Assembly: GCA_045577945.1 (NCBI GenBank)
Contig: JAZNJG010000197.1
Span: 1 to 59,826, forward strand
Direction of reading: 5' to 3'
DNA from: Bacilli bacterium
GTDB taxonomy: Bacteria > Bacillota_I > Bacilli_A > ML615J-28 > CAG-698
Length of the DNA: 59,826 nt
Below, one piece after another: positions 42,073-51,138 of this stretch. The position numbers and the translations under genes are program-made. How positions within the stretch are numbered: position 1 is the first letter of the stretch; each line of letters opens with the position of its first letter. The notes under the pieces are model-generated. The model did not search any database. It saw only the letters and a list, made by a program, of their open reading frames with translations, and had not been told where the DNA came from.

Positions 42073-42500
42073 AAATATTTACACACGTTGAAGAAGAGAA
42101 AGATAAAAGCTTAGTTGGGTTAGTATTAGTTGGTGATCATAATAAAATATATCAACAAGTACAATTTGATATAAATGCGAATAAATTTGAAGCTAGTATG
42201 ATTGGAATAAAGAGGGCATTATTATTTGTTGATAATAACAAACCATTATATTGTAATGATAATATAATGATTTATTCTAATTTAAATAACTATAATGATA
42301 ATTTAAATTTAGAAAATCGTGTTTTAAGGGATGAATATATTAATAAATTTAAGTGTAAACATAACCAAGGTATTGAATTAAATTATAAACCAGTTAAAGA
42401 TGAAAATAAAGAGTTTATGAATATAGCTCAAATATTAGTAAATGTTCATAAAAGACAACAATATGCATTGAGTTTATCAAACAAAGGAAATTCTAAATGA
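42069..42500 (+). CDS. hypothetical protein
   Basis: GTG start overlapping the upstream stop; its own stop overlaps the cca start (ATGA). Confidence 0.4.
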   Translation: MKIFTHVEEEKDKSLVGLVLVGDHNKIYQQVQFDINANKFEASMIGIKRALLFVDNNKPLYCNDNIMIYSNLNNYNDNLNLENRVLRDEYINKFKCKHNQGIELNYKPVKDENKEFMNIAQILVNVHKRQQYALSLSNKGNSK

Positions 42501-43759
42501 GAATATATTTAGTTGGTGGTGCTGTTAGAGATTCATTATTAAAAATTCAATCACATGATAAAGACTGGGTAGTTGAAGGTGCTACTATACAAGAGATGTT
42601 AGATGCTGGTTTTAAACAAGTAGGTAAAGAATTTCCAGTATTTCTACACCCAGAAACAAATGAAGAATATGCTTTAGCAAGAAAAGAAAAGAAAACAGGA
42701 GATAAGCATACTGATTTTGAATTTGATTTTTCTCCAAACGTTACATTAGAAGAAGACCTAGCTAGAAGAGATTTCACAATAAACGCATTTGTATTAGATA
42801 GTGGAGATTATATTCGAGATTATTTTCATGGTTTTGATGACTTAAAAAATAAATTAATAAGAGCAATCAGACCAGAAACATTTATTGAAGACCCACTAAG
42901 AGTGTTGAGAGGTTGTCGTTTTGCTGCTCAATTAGATTTTAATATTGAACCAAACACTATGGATTTATTTAAAAAAATGGTTAGAGATGGAATGTTATCT
43001 CATCTCACACCAGAAAGAGTATGGAAAGAAACAGAAAAAGCACTAACTAGTGGATATTCATCAGAAAAATATTTTGAATTATTAAATGAATGCGGTGCAT
43101 TAGAAACGTTGTTTCCTGAAATTTATAAATTAGTAAATACACCAGAACAAATTAAATATCACCCGTCAGGAAATACATTTAAACATACAATGATTGCATT
43201 ATCGAGAGTTAAAAATGAATCATCTTTAACTAAATTCATAGTATTATGTCATGATTTAGGTAAAGGAACGACACCTGAAAATATTTTACCACAACATATT
43301 AAACATGATGAAAGAGGAATTGAGCAAATAGATTTGTTATGTGATCGATTAAAAGTACCAAATATATTTAGAGGGTGTGCTAAAACTTTTTGTAAACACC
43401 ATATGAGAATGGCTAAATTCGATATATTGTCGATTAAAAAACAATATGATTTAGTGCAAGAACTATCATCAAACTTTAAAAATCAACAATTATTACAAAT
43501 ATATAATAAATGTTTTTATGCTGATTATAATGGGGAGGAAAAGCTAACTAAATATAATGATCCATTGATTGCAAAGAATATTATACATCAAATTAATAAT
43601 GTATTTGATATAATGGAAGGTATTACATTAAAAGACTTACCAGAAAAAATACAGAAAAATTTAATGAAGCAAAAATATGAAAAAATTGGTATTCTATATC
43701 GTGAAAATATGATAAAATATCTTAAAGAAAAATTAAAAGAAAGAGAAACTTATGAGTGA
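42497..43759 (+). CDS. cca: CCA-adding tRNA nucleotidyltransferase with HD phosphohydrolase domain
   Basis: Nearly collinear with E. coli Cca: MRIYLVGGAVRDSLL, DKDWVV, FPVFLHPETNEEYALAR, RRDFTINA, EDPLRVLR, LTPERVWKETEKAL, HPSGNTFKHT, LCHDLGKG. Confidence 0.92.
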   Translation: MRIYLVGGAVRDSLLKIQSHDKDWVVEGATIQEMLDAGFKQVGKEFPVFLHPETNEEYALARKEKKTGDKHTDFEFDFSPNVTLEEDLARRDFTINAFVLDSGDYIRDYFHGFDDLKNKLIRAIRPETFIEDPLRVLRGCRFAAQLDFNIEPNTMDLFKKMVRDGMLSHLTPERVWKETEKALTSGYSSEKYFELLNECGALETLFPEIYKLVNTPEQIKYHPSGNTFKHTMIALSRVKNESSLTKFIVLCHDLGKGTTPENILPQHIKHDERGIEQIDLLCDRLKVPNIFRGCAKTFCKHHMRMAKFDILSIKKQYDLVQELSSNFKNQQLLQIYNKCFYADYNGEEKLTKYNDPLIAKNIIHQINNVFDIMEGITLKDLPEKIQKNLMKQKYEKIGILYRENMIKYLKEKLKERETYE

Positions 43760-44372
43760 AGAAAAAGATTACTATTTAGAGCAAGTATTAGAATTTGCTT
43801 ATGAAAAACATAAAGATCAAAAAAGAAAATATACAAACGAGCCATATATTAATCACCCAATTAATGTAGCTATGATCATTGAGGAAGCGTTTTCCCATAC
43901 ACCAGAACTTTATATGTATTCTGATAAACTACCTATAAGAATCAATACTGTAATTGGTGCTTGGTTACATGATGTAGTTGAAGACACTAATACATCTTTT
44001 GTAGAAATTGAAGAAAAATTTGGTATTCATATTCGAAATATTTTATATTATGTAACTAATATTTCAAAACCAACAGATGGAAATAGAAAAATTCGTAAAA
44101 AAATTGATATGGCTCATAATCTTAAAGGTCCTGTTGAATCCATAATGATCAAATTAGCAGATATTATTGATAACTGTAATGGTATAATGAAAAGAGACTC
44201 TTCGTTCGGTAAAAAATATTTAATAGAAAAACAACAATTCTTATTGAATTTAGTTGGCCAGGGATATTATAATAATTTTAAAGAAATAGTTGATAAGCCT
44301 CTATTTGAAGTTTTAGAATATTTGTATACTAAAGCTTGGACTACTATTAAAACTGAGATTGGAGTTAATTAA
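43752..44372 (+). CDS. SpoT/Mesh1-type HD-domain small alarmone hydrolase
   Basis: FAYEKHKDQKRKYTNEPYINHPINVA, AWLHDVVEDT, FG..IRNILYYVT, and KLADIIDNCN match the (p)ppGpp-hydrolase HD domain (HP..VA, LHDvvEDT, KLADRlhN). Overlaps the cca stop by 8 nt. Confidence 0.78.
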   Translation: MSEEKDYYLEQVLEFAYEKHKDQKRKYTNEPYINHPINVAMIIEEAFSHTPELYMYSDKLPIRINTVIGAWLHDVVEDTNTSFVEIEEKFGIHIRNILYYVTNISKPTDGNRKIRKKIDMAHNLKGPVESIMIKLADIIDNCNGIMKRDSSFGKKYLIEKQQFLLNLVGQGYYNNFKEIVDKPLFEVLEYLYTKAWTTIKTEIGVN

Positions 44373-44374
44373 AA

Positions 44375-44593
44375 ATGAAACTTACACCGAGATTTAATTT
44401 TAATCAAAAAGTATTTAGTCAGATATATCAACGATATGTTATTATTTCTAATGTTAAAATAGAAACATATGGTAATATTATAACTAAGAATGGTGAATCA
44501 TTTAAACGCTGTTCTGAAGTATATGAAATTAAATTCCGTGATCCATCAATTATGAGATATGAATGGGTTGATGTTGATGATTTAATTCCGTGA
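44375..44593 (+). CDS. hypothetical protein
   Basis: 72-aa ORF beginning 2 nt after the upstream stop. Confidence 0.4.
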   Translation: MKLTPRFNFNQKVFSQIYQRYVIISNVKIETYGNIITKNGESFKRCSEVYEIKFRDPSIMRYEWVDVDDLIP

Positions 44594-44603
44594 GTAGTAT
44601 AAA

Positions 44604-45485
44604 ATGCCTAGATCATATTCTAAATTTTTTTACAAAGAAAAAATTGGTGAGCGTGAAGTTACTAATAAATTTAATACAACTGAAAAATGGAAAGAACCAA
44701 TTTATAAAGATAAAAAGATGAAAATTCGAATAATGTCGGATCTTCATTTAGATTATAATAATCGATATCCACTAGAATTAAAAGATAAGGATATATTTAC
44801 TATTATTGCTGGAGATTTATCTGGTTATTCTGAATATAGAGATGAATGGTTAAAAGAAAACATACATAATGGTTTATTTGTTGAAGGTAATCATATATTT
44901 TATAATAATGAGAATAAAACACTTCAACAATACTATAAAGAATTACAAAATAAATATCCACTAGATTCAAATTTATCATTCTTACAAAATCAGTATAAAA
45001 TTATAAATGATGTTGTTTTTGTTGGCTGTACATTATGGACTGATTGTAGATTATATGGTAAAAAATATATAGCAGATTTACCTAAGCGAATGAATGATTA
45101 TAGATATGGTAAATATAAAGCAGGTAATAAAAAAAGAACCTTTACACCTCAAGATTCAATAAACGAATTTAATGAATCGTTAAAGTATATTGAAGAAGTG
45201 AGTGACTTATATCCTTCTCATAAAATTGTTGTTATTACCCATCATTGCCCTTCAATAAAATGTATATCTAAGCATTATAGATTAGGGGACTGCAATCATG
45301 CATATGCATCGAATTTAGAAGGGTTTATACAAAATCACAATAATATTGTTTGCTGGATATGTGGACATAGTCATAATTCATGTGATTTTAAAATTGATGG
45401 TTGTAGAGTGATTATGAATTGTCGTGGGTATGTTCCATACGGTGAAGATATAAAATTTAATAAAAATAAGGTAATTTATATTTAG
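44604..45485 (+). CDS. calcineurin-like metallophosphoesterase
   Basis: IMSDLHLDYN, IAGDLSG, EGNHIFY, ITHHCP, CGHSHN. An internal ATG at 44715 (MKIRIM) is an alternative start. Confidence 0.72.
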   Translation: MPRSYSKFFYKEKIGEREVTNKFNTTEKWKEPIYKDKKMKIRIMSDLHLDYNNRYPLELKDKDIFTIIAGDLSGYSEYRDEWLKENIHNGLFVEGNHIFYNNENKTLQQYYKELQNKYPLDSNLSFLQNQYKIINDVVFVGCTLWTDCRLYGKKYIADLPKRMNDYRYGKYKAGNKKRTFTPQDSINEFNESLKYIEEVSDLYPSHKIVVITHHCPSIKCISKHYRLGDCNHAYASNLEGFIQNHNNIVCWICGHSHNSCDFKIDGCRVIMNCRGYVPYGEDIKFNKNKVIYI

Positions 45486-45497
45486 GAAATTAATAAT

Positions 45498-45626
45498 ATG
45501 ATTTTTATACACTATATTATAATAATTTTAGTTTTTATATGGATGTTATATGATTTATTAAATGATAACCAGGTAAAAAGAATATTGAGAAATATAAAAA
45601 ATAAGTTGAATAAAGATAAGAAATAA
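45498..45626 (+). CDS. possible 42-aa single-pass membrane peptide (absent from the ORF track)
   Basis: AGGAAA RBS. MIFIHYIIIILVFIWMLY followed by a Lys-rich tail. Confidence 0.3.
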   Translation: MIFIHYIIIILVFIWMLYDLLNDNQVKRILRNIKNKLNKDKK

Positions 45627-45802
45627 TTATATTGATATAGTTGTCTAATTAAAAAGAAAGAGTGAATATGAAAAGATACTTAACAAATATTAAAATGCTA
45701 TATAAATTACTAACACTAAAATTAAAAGGTATTAATGTATTTCCAATTTATGTACAGGGTTATATTTTAATTATTGAAAAAATATAATAATATGAGGTTA
45801 TA

Positions 45803-46345
45803 ATGAAACGCTGCTGCTTAACAATTGTTGAAGATAAAATTAATAATAAAATATTAATGGTTCAAAACATGAGAGGTGTTAACAAAGGTTTTTATAACTT
45901 TCCAGGTGGAAAAATAGAACCTTTTGAAACTATTGAAGAGGGTAGTATACGTGAAAATATTGAAGAAACTGGTATTATCCCTATCGATCTAAAAACTTTA
46001 GGTAAAGTTGAATTTCATCCAATTAATATGGTTGTTCATGTATTTTATACAAATCAATTTAAGGGTGAATTAACCCCGTCAAATAATAATGAAAATAGAG
46101 CGTTTTGGGTTGATAGAGATAATATACCGTTTGATAAAATGAGAAAAACAGATCAAGCTTGGGTTAAAGATGTAATTGAGGGAAAACATATCAATAAAAG
46201 AATATATTTTAATGATGATTTTAGCTTAAATCGTATAGAAGATGTATATGAGAATATTGAAAAATATAAACAGCGATATAATAAATTTATTCAACTACGT
46301 AAACATAAATATTTACAAATAAAAGCAAGTAATATAAAAAGGTAA
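45803..46345 (+). CDS. NUDIX hydrolase
   Basis: Nudix box GGKIEPFETIEEGSIRENIEETGI. Confidence 0.85.
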   Translation: MKRCCLTIVEDKINNKILMVQNMRGVNKGFYNFPGGKIEPFETIEEGSIRENIEETGIIPIDLKTLGKVEFHPINMVVHVFYTNQFKGELTPSNNNENRAFWVDRDNIPFDKMRKTDQAWVKDVIEGKHINKRIYFNDDFSLNRIEDVYENIEKYKQRYNKFIQLRKHKYLQIKASNIKR

Positions 46346-46350
46346 AATGT

Positions 46351-46827
46351 ATGTCTGATAATATTAGCGAGATTGATAAAAAATTAAACGCTATATTAGG
46401 TGTTGATTATGTAGAGGAAGAGCAATTAACATCTAGCGAAATTGCAAATATTGAACCTGCTGATATTGAAGTAATTGAACCGATACAATCAGATTTAGTA
46501 TTACCAGAGCAAATAGATCAATCAGATATTGATTTTGAATTTGCTAGGCAGAATATTAAAAGGTTATCTGATATAGGTATGGAGAATATAGAAAAATTAT
46601 CATACGTCGCTAGAGATTCTCAAACACCTAGAATGTATGAAGTATTGTCGGGTATGATTAAAAATATAAGTGATATTAATTCGAATTTAGTTGATATGCA
46701 TAATAAAAAAATATCATCAACGTCATCTCATGCAGAAGAACCAGCACCTATAAATGTTAATCAAGCTATTATTTGCACTAGCACTGATGCGCTAAAGCGA
46801 ATTAAAGAACGTAAGAATAATAACTGA
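46351..46827 (+). CDS. gp16: terminase small subunit (gp16-like)
   Basis: DSQTPRMYEVLSGMIKNISDINSNLVDMH parallels T4 gp16 [28 protein letters not shown]. It sits directly upstream of terL. Confidence 0.62.
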   Translation: MSDNISEIDKKLNAILGVDYVEEEQLTSSEIANIEPADIEVIEPIQSDLVLPEQIDQSDIDFEFARQNIKRLSDIGMENIEKLSYVARDSQTPRMYEVLSGMIKNISDINSNLVDMHNKKISSTSSHAEEPAPINVNQAIICTSTDALKRIKERKNNN

Positions 46828-46870
46828 TTACATTTAATATAAAAATAAATATATAAAATACACGGCACCC

Positions 46871-46912
46871 AATCTCCTCAATAAATAGTTATATAAATTG
46901 AGGAGATTTTTT
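46871..46912 (+). terminator. 12-bp hairpin plus T-run whose 3' arm contains the terL Shine-Dalgarno
   Basis: aatctcctcaat-14 nt loop-attgaggagatt then tttt. GAGGAG at 46900-46905 lies 7 nt before ATG 46913. Confidence 0.6.
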
Positions 46913-48646
46913 ATGCACATAATTGATGAAGAGCAGTTAAAAATTGATTCTGAAAGAGCAAATTCATACTTAAAATCAATTTCATTTATGAATAACTTTC
47001 TATTGAAACCAGAAGGAACTCAATGTGAACTCACAGAGGTTATGTTAGATGAGTATGAAAATTGTATGGATGATTATATGTATTTTATTGAACGCTATAT
47101 GAAAATTGTGAGTGTAGATAAAGGTATCATACCATTCAATCCATATGACTACCAACGTAAAATGATTAAAAATTTTTATGAAAACAGATTTTCAATTAAT
47201 TTATGCCCACGTCAATGTGGTAAAACTACAATTGTAACTGGGTTTGGTCTACATTTTACGATGTTTAATGAAAATAAATCTATAGCAATTTTAGCAAATA
47301 AACAAGCAACAGCTGTTGAAATACTTGATCGAATTAAATTAGCATATGAAAATTTACCAAAATGGATGCAGCACGGTGTAAGAACATGGAATAAAACTGA
47401 GGTTGTTTTTGAGAATGGATGTAAAATTGGCGCTTATAGTTCATCAAGTTCAGCAATAAGGGGAATGTCTTTAAGTTGCGTTATTATTGATGAGTGTGCG
47501 TTTATTAATAATAACATTTGGGAAGAATTCTATATGTCTGTTTACCCAGTTATTTCATCTGGTAAAGAAACTCGAATCATAATGGTCTCAACACCTAAAG
47601 GGTTAAACCACTATTATAAATTATGGAGAGATGCTGAAGCTGGTCGTAATTCATATATACCTTTTAAGATTACTTGGAGAGATGTACCTGGTCGTGATGA
47701 AAAGTGGAAAGAAGAGACAATTCAAAATAATGGTGAAAGAGCATTTATGCAAGAACATGAAGTTAATTTTCTCGGCTCTTCAAATACTCTTTTTGATATG
47801 AACAAAGTTCAAGAAATTGTACCACAAACACCAATTATTGATGATATTGATAACTTTACAAAAATTTATGAAGAACCAATTGAAGGTCATAATTATATTG
47901 CTTTTGTTGATGTATCTGAGGGTAAAGAACAAGATAGTTCTGTTATACAGGTATTTGATATATCATCAGAACCATATAAGCAAGTTGCTGTATTTTGTTC
48001 GAGTACTATTTCATTAATGCTATTTCCTTTCTATATTAATCAATTAGGTAAAAAATATAATGATGCCTATCTATTAATTGAAAATAATTCAATAGGAACA
48101 TCTGTTACGAATGATTTATTTAATGATTTTGAGTATGAAAATATTTTATATTCATATAAAGATGATGGAAAAATTTATATTGATGATGGTCAAGATGATA
48201 AAGGTGAAATGGGAATTAGAATGACCAAATCATCTAAAAAAATTGGATGTAATAATATTAAAGAAATATTTGAAAATGGAAAATTAGAAATTTGTGATAT
48301 GGATACTATTTCACAAATGTCAACTTTCATTAGAATAGGTACTAGTTATGCAGCAGACCCTTCTGCAAAAGCTCATGATGACTTAATCACACCATTAATT
48401 CATATGGGATTTTTAATTAAGCAGAGATGGTTTAAAGAACTATTAAAAGAAGATATAAGAGCTAATATTGCTAATAATAAGATTAAAAATGATAAAATGT
48501 TTATCGGTTTTCGAAAAATAGGAGATGAGCAAGAAAACCTGACAATAGATTCTGATGATATATTTGCAGGGTGGGATAATGTTAGTTCAACTAACTATGA
48601 AAGAAAGAAAAAGCAATTTAACAATCATTTATTTTACTCTAAATAA
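46913..48646 (+). CDS. gp17: terminase large subunit (gp17-like)
   Basis: Walker A LCPRQCGKTT, Walker B VIIDECAF, coupling VSTPKG, and C-terminal nuclease HDDLITP. ATG 46913 is preferred to the TTG at 46898. Confidence 0.9.
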   Translation: MHIIDEEQLKIDSERANSYLKSISFMNNFLLKPEGTQCELTEVMLDEYENCMDDYMYFIERYMKIVSVDKGIIPFNPYDYQRKMIKNFYENRFSINLCPRQCGKTTIVTGFGLHFTMFNENKSIAILANKQATAVEILDRIKLAYENLPKWMQHGVRTWNKTEVVFENGCKIGAYSSSSSAIRGMSLSCVIIDECAFINNNIWEEFYMSVYPVISSGKETRIIMVSTPKGLNHYYKLWRDAEAGRNSYIPFKITWRDVPGRDEKWKEETIQNNGERAFMQEHEVNFLGSSNTLFDMNKVQEIVPQTPIIDDIDNFTKIYEEPIEGHNYIAFVDVSEGKEQDSSVIQVFDISSEPYKQVAVFCSSTISLMLFPFYINQLGKKYNDAYLLIENNSIGTSVTNDLFNDFEYENILYSYKDDGKIYIDDGQDDKGEMGIRMTKSSKKIGCNNIKEIFENGKLEICDMDTISQMSTFIRIGTSYAADPSAKAHDDLITPLIHMGFLIKQRWFKELLKEDIRANIANNKIKNDKMFIGFRKIGDEQENLTIDSDDIFAGWDNVSSTNYERKKKQFNNHLFYSK

Positions 48647-48653
48647 AAATAGT

Positions 48654-48661
48654 TATAAATA
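48654..48661 (+). promoter_or_regulatory. late promoter, extended TATAAATAATTATATAAT
   Basis: Upstream of the sheath gene. Confidence 0.55.
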
Positions 48662-48737
48662 ATTATATAATGATGAACTATACCGTTCAAATTATAAAAA
48701 TTTATAATAAACTCAGATCTGTGGAGAAATAAAAACA

Positions 48738-50501
48738 ATGGCATTTTCAATTAGTCCAGCAGTTACAGTAACTGAGCAGGATTTTAATGCAACCTTTGCT
48801 AATATCGCCGCTACTGGTGGTGCTATGATTGGTGCATTTCAATGGGGCCCTGTTGATGAAATAGTTACTATATCTGACGAAGCAAGATTGATTAATAAGT
48901 TTTATAAACCAAATGACGAAGTTGCAAATTCGTGGTTTACTGCTTATAATTTCTTGCAATTCGGAAGCGATTTAAAAGTTATTCGTGTAGTTGGTCAAAA
49001 TGCATTAAACGCTACTGATGACACAACTATTGATGTTGAGACTTTTACAGCTGACGGTTCACAAGTATTATTTACAACCACTAAAAGTTTTGAAGTAATC
49101 CCATCTTCAATTACTGTTGTTGTTGATAATGAAATTAAAATCGTAAATACTGATTATTCAGTGCAATTAGGTTCAGATGGAAAAATTCAAGTTACATTCT
49201 TAAAAGCACCAGTTGATAAAAGTGTAGTTCAAATTAATATTAATGCATTTCAGATTAAGAATGAAGTTGATTTTGAAAATACAGTTGGTTTTGTAGGCAA
49301 AATATATGCAAAGTACCCAGGTTCAGTTGCAAATGGTTTAAAAATTTGGGTTGCTACAAAAGAAAACTGGAATACATTAGGTGATAAACAAGAAGTATTT
49401 GCTTATGAGCCCGCTGAAAATGAAATTTCTATAGCAATTATAGATGCAGGTAAATTTGACGAAGCAGGTAAAGTTCTATATAAGCAAGAAGTAATGTCGC
49501 TTGATCCGGAAGCTAAAAATAGTGATGGAACATCAAATTACTACATGACAGTTGTTAATAGAAATTGTGAATATATCTACATAGCAAATGATATTTCTAA
49601 AGACACTGAAATTGTTTTATCAAATGGTATAGATGACAACAACATATCTGATGCTGATAAAATGTTAAGTTTATCATTGTTGAGAAATACAGAACAAGTT
49701 GATTTTAGAGTATTACTTGCAGCTGATGCTAGTGTAGTTGTTGCAAACGATATGATTGCAAATATCGCTGAATATAGAAAAGATTGTATTGTATTCATTT
49801 CACCTGAAATCAATTCTATGAGAAGTGTTGATGATATTGTTGAATTTAGAAACAAATTACCATCAAGCTCATACTTCTTCTTAGATAATAACTGGTTTTA
49901 TATGTATGATAAATACAATGATAAGTATCGCTGGGTTCCGGCTAACGGACAAACAGCAGGTTTATATGTAAGAATGGCTACAAATAGTGAAGCTTGGTTC
50001 TCACCTGCAGGTTATAATCGCGGTATTTATAAAAATATAGTTAAGCTCATGATTAACTGTGATAAAACCGACAGAGATACATTATATAAAAATAACGTTA
50101 ATCCAATTATCACTGAAAATGGTACAGGCACATTATTGCTTGGTGATAAAACTGGTTTAACCAGACCATCTTCATTTGATAGAATTAATGTTAGAATGTT
50201 ATTCATTATTCTTGAAAAAACAATTGCAACTTTTGCAAAATATTCATTATTTGAAATGAATGATGAATATACTCGTTCTGCATTCAGAAATCGTGTAAGT
50301 CAATATTTACGTGACGTAAAAGGAAGAAGAGGTTGTGATGATTTCTTAGTGAAGTGTGATGAAGATAATAATACCGCTAATGTTATTAATAGTAATGGCT
50401 TTGTTGCTGCAATCAAAGTTCGTCCATTGAAATCTATCAACTTTATTGAACTTCAATTTGCTTCAGTTGATTATGGTATTGATTTTGAAGAAGTTGCATA
50501 A
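48738..50501 (+). CDS. gp18: contractile tail sheath protein (gp18-like)
   Basis: 587 aa. The N-terminal SPAVTVTEQDFN and the C-terminal conserved block ...NVNPII...GDKT...RINVRMLF... are typical of sheath proteins. It is followed by the tube gene. Confidence 0.85.
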   Translation: MAFSISPAVTVTEQDFNATFANIAATGGAMIGAFQWGPVDEIVTISDEARLINKFYKPNDEVANSWFTAYNFLQFGSDLKVIRVVGQNALNATDDTTIDVETFTADGSQVLFTTTKSFEVIPSSITVVVDNEIKIVNTDYSVQLGSDGKIQVTFLKAPVDKSVVQININAFQIKNEVDFENTVGFVGKIYAKYPGSVANGLKIWVATKENWNTLGDKQEVFAYEPAENEISIAIIDAGKFDEAGKVLYKQEVMSLDPEAKNSDGTSNYYMTVVNRNCEYIYIANDISKDTEIVLSNGIDDNNISDADKMLSLSLLRNTEQVDFRVLLAADASVVVANDMIANIAEYRKDCIVFISPEINSMRSVDDIVEFRNKLPSSSYFFLDNNWFYMYDKYNDKYRWVPANGQTAGLYVRMATNSEAWFSPAGYNRGIYKNIVKLMINCDKTDRDTLYKNNVNPIITENGTGTLLLGDKTGLTRPSSFDRINVRMLFIILEKTIATFAKYSLFEMNDEYTRSAFRNRVSQYLRDVKGRRGCDDFLVKCDEDNNTANVINSNGFVAAIKVRPLKSINFIELQFASVDYGIDFEEVA

Positions 50502-50513
50502 GGAGATTGAGAT

Positions 50514-51038
50514 ATGGATATTAATAAATTTAAGAAAACACTTAATGGTGGTATTAAATCAAATCTATATAAGGTTGAATTAACATTTCCTTCAATTTCA
50601 GGTATGCCAGCAGGATTAGAGGAGAAACTTGAATTCTTATGTAAAGGTGCAAGTATCCCACAATCTACATTAACTGTAATTGAAGTTCCATACGCAGGTA
50701 GAATTATACCACTTCCAAACGATAGAACATTTGATGAATGGTCTATTACAGTTTATAACGATCCAAAAATGGATTTAAGAACTGCGTTTGAAATGTGGAG
50801 TGCTGCTTTTAACGGACACGAGAGTAATATGAATTCAATGGAGGTAGCTGATCTGATGGTTACTTCTAAAGTTCATCAATTAAATCGCGCTGGTGATATT
50901 ATTAAATCGTGGGAATTCCAAGATGTATGGCCTGTAACAGTTTCTAATATTGATTTATCATATGATTCATCAGATTCTTTAGAAGAATTTACTGTTAATT
51001 TAAGATATACATTATGGAAATCAAATAACACTAATTAA
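50514..51038 (+). CDS. gp19: tail tube protein (gp19-like)
   Basis: Collinear with T4 gp19: NLYKVELTFP, FLCKGASIPQ, NDRTFDEWSITVYND, VWPVTVSNIDLSYDS. Confidence 0.85.
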   Translation: MDINKFKKTLNGGIKSNLYKVELTFPSISGMPAGLEEKLEFLCKGASIPQSTLTVIEVPYAGRIIPLPNDRTFDEWSITVYNDPKMDLRTAFEMWSAAFNGHESNMNSMEVADLMVTSKVHQLNRAGDIIKSWEFQDVWPVTVSNIDLSYDSSDSLEEFTVNLRYTLWKSNNTN

Positions 51039-51058
51039 TAAACGTATATTATAATATT

Positions 51059-51092
51059 AAAGAGCTTTCAAATATTTTGAAAGCTCTTTTTT
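51059..51092 (+). terminator. intrinsic terminator after the tube gene
   Basis: aaagagctttcaaa-tatt-tttgaaagctcttt followed by tt. Confidence 0.75.
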
Positions 51093-51094
51093 AA

Positions 51095-51102
51095 TATAAA
51101 TA
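51095..51102 (+). promoter_or_regulatory. late promoter TATAAATAATTGTATAAT
   Basis: Directly after the terminator and 37 nt before the portal ATG. Confidence 0.55.
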
Positions 51103-51138
51103 ATTGTATAATAAGTTTTATATACTGGATAAATCAAT

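Noticed and set aside
45486-45802. Longest ORF-track-free gap, searched for a tRNA gene that might accompany the CCA-adding enzyme. The other gaps at 39577..39691, 40181..40394 and 41242..41366 were also searched.
   Set aside because: The sequence is uniformly AT-rich, with no GC-richer ~75-nt segment and no T-loop-like GGTTCGA/GTTCRA. The gaps contain short ORFs, promoters or terminators instead. A covariance-model scan (tRNAscan-SE or Infernal) would be the decisive check.
46892-46899. TATAAATT in the loop and 3' arm of the terS-terL hairpin, considered as a late promoter that would free the terL RBS (by analogy with T4 genes whose late transcripts start inside an inhibitory hairpin)
   Set aside because: It has one mismatch to TATAAATA. 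More importantly, a T4-type start about 6 nt downstream would fall at roughly 46905, removing the GAGGAG RBS instead of exposing it.
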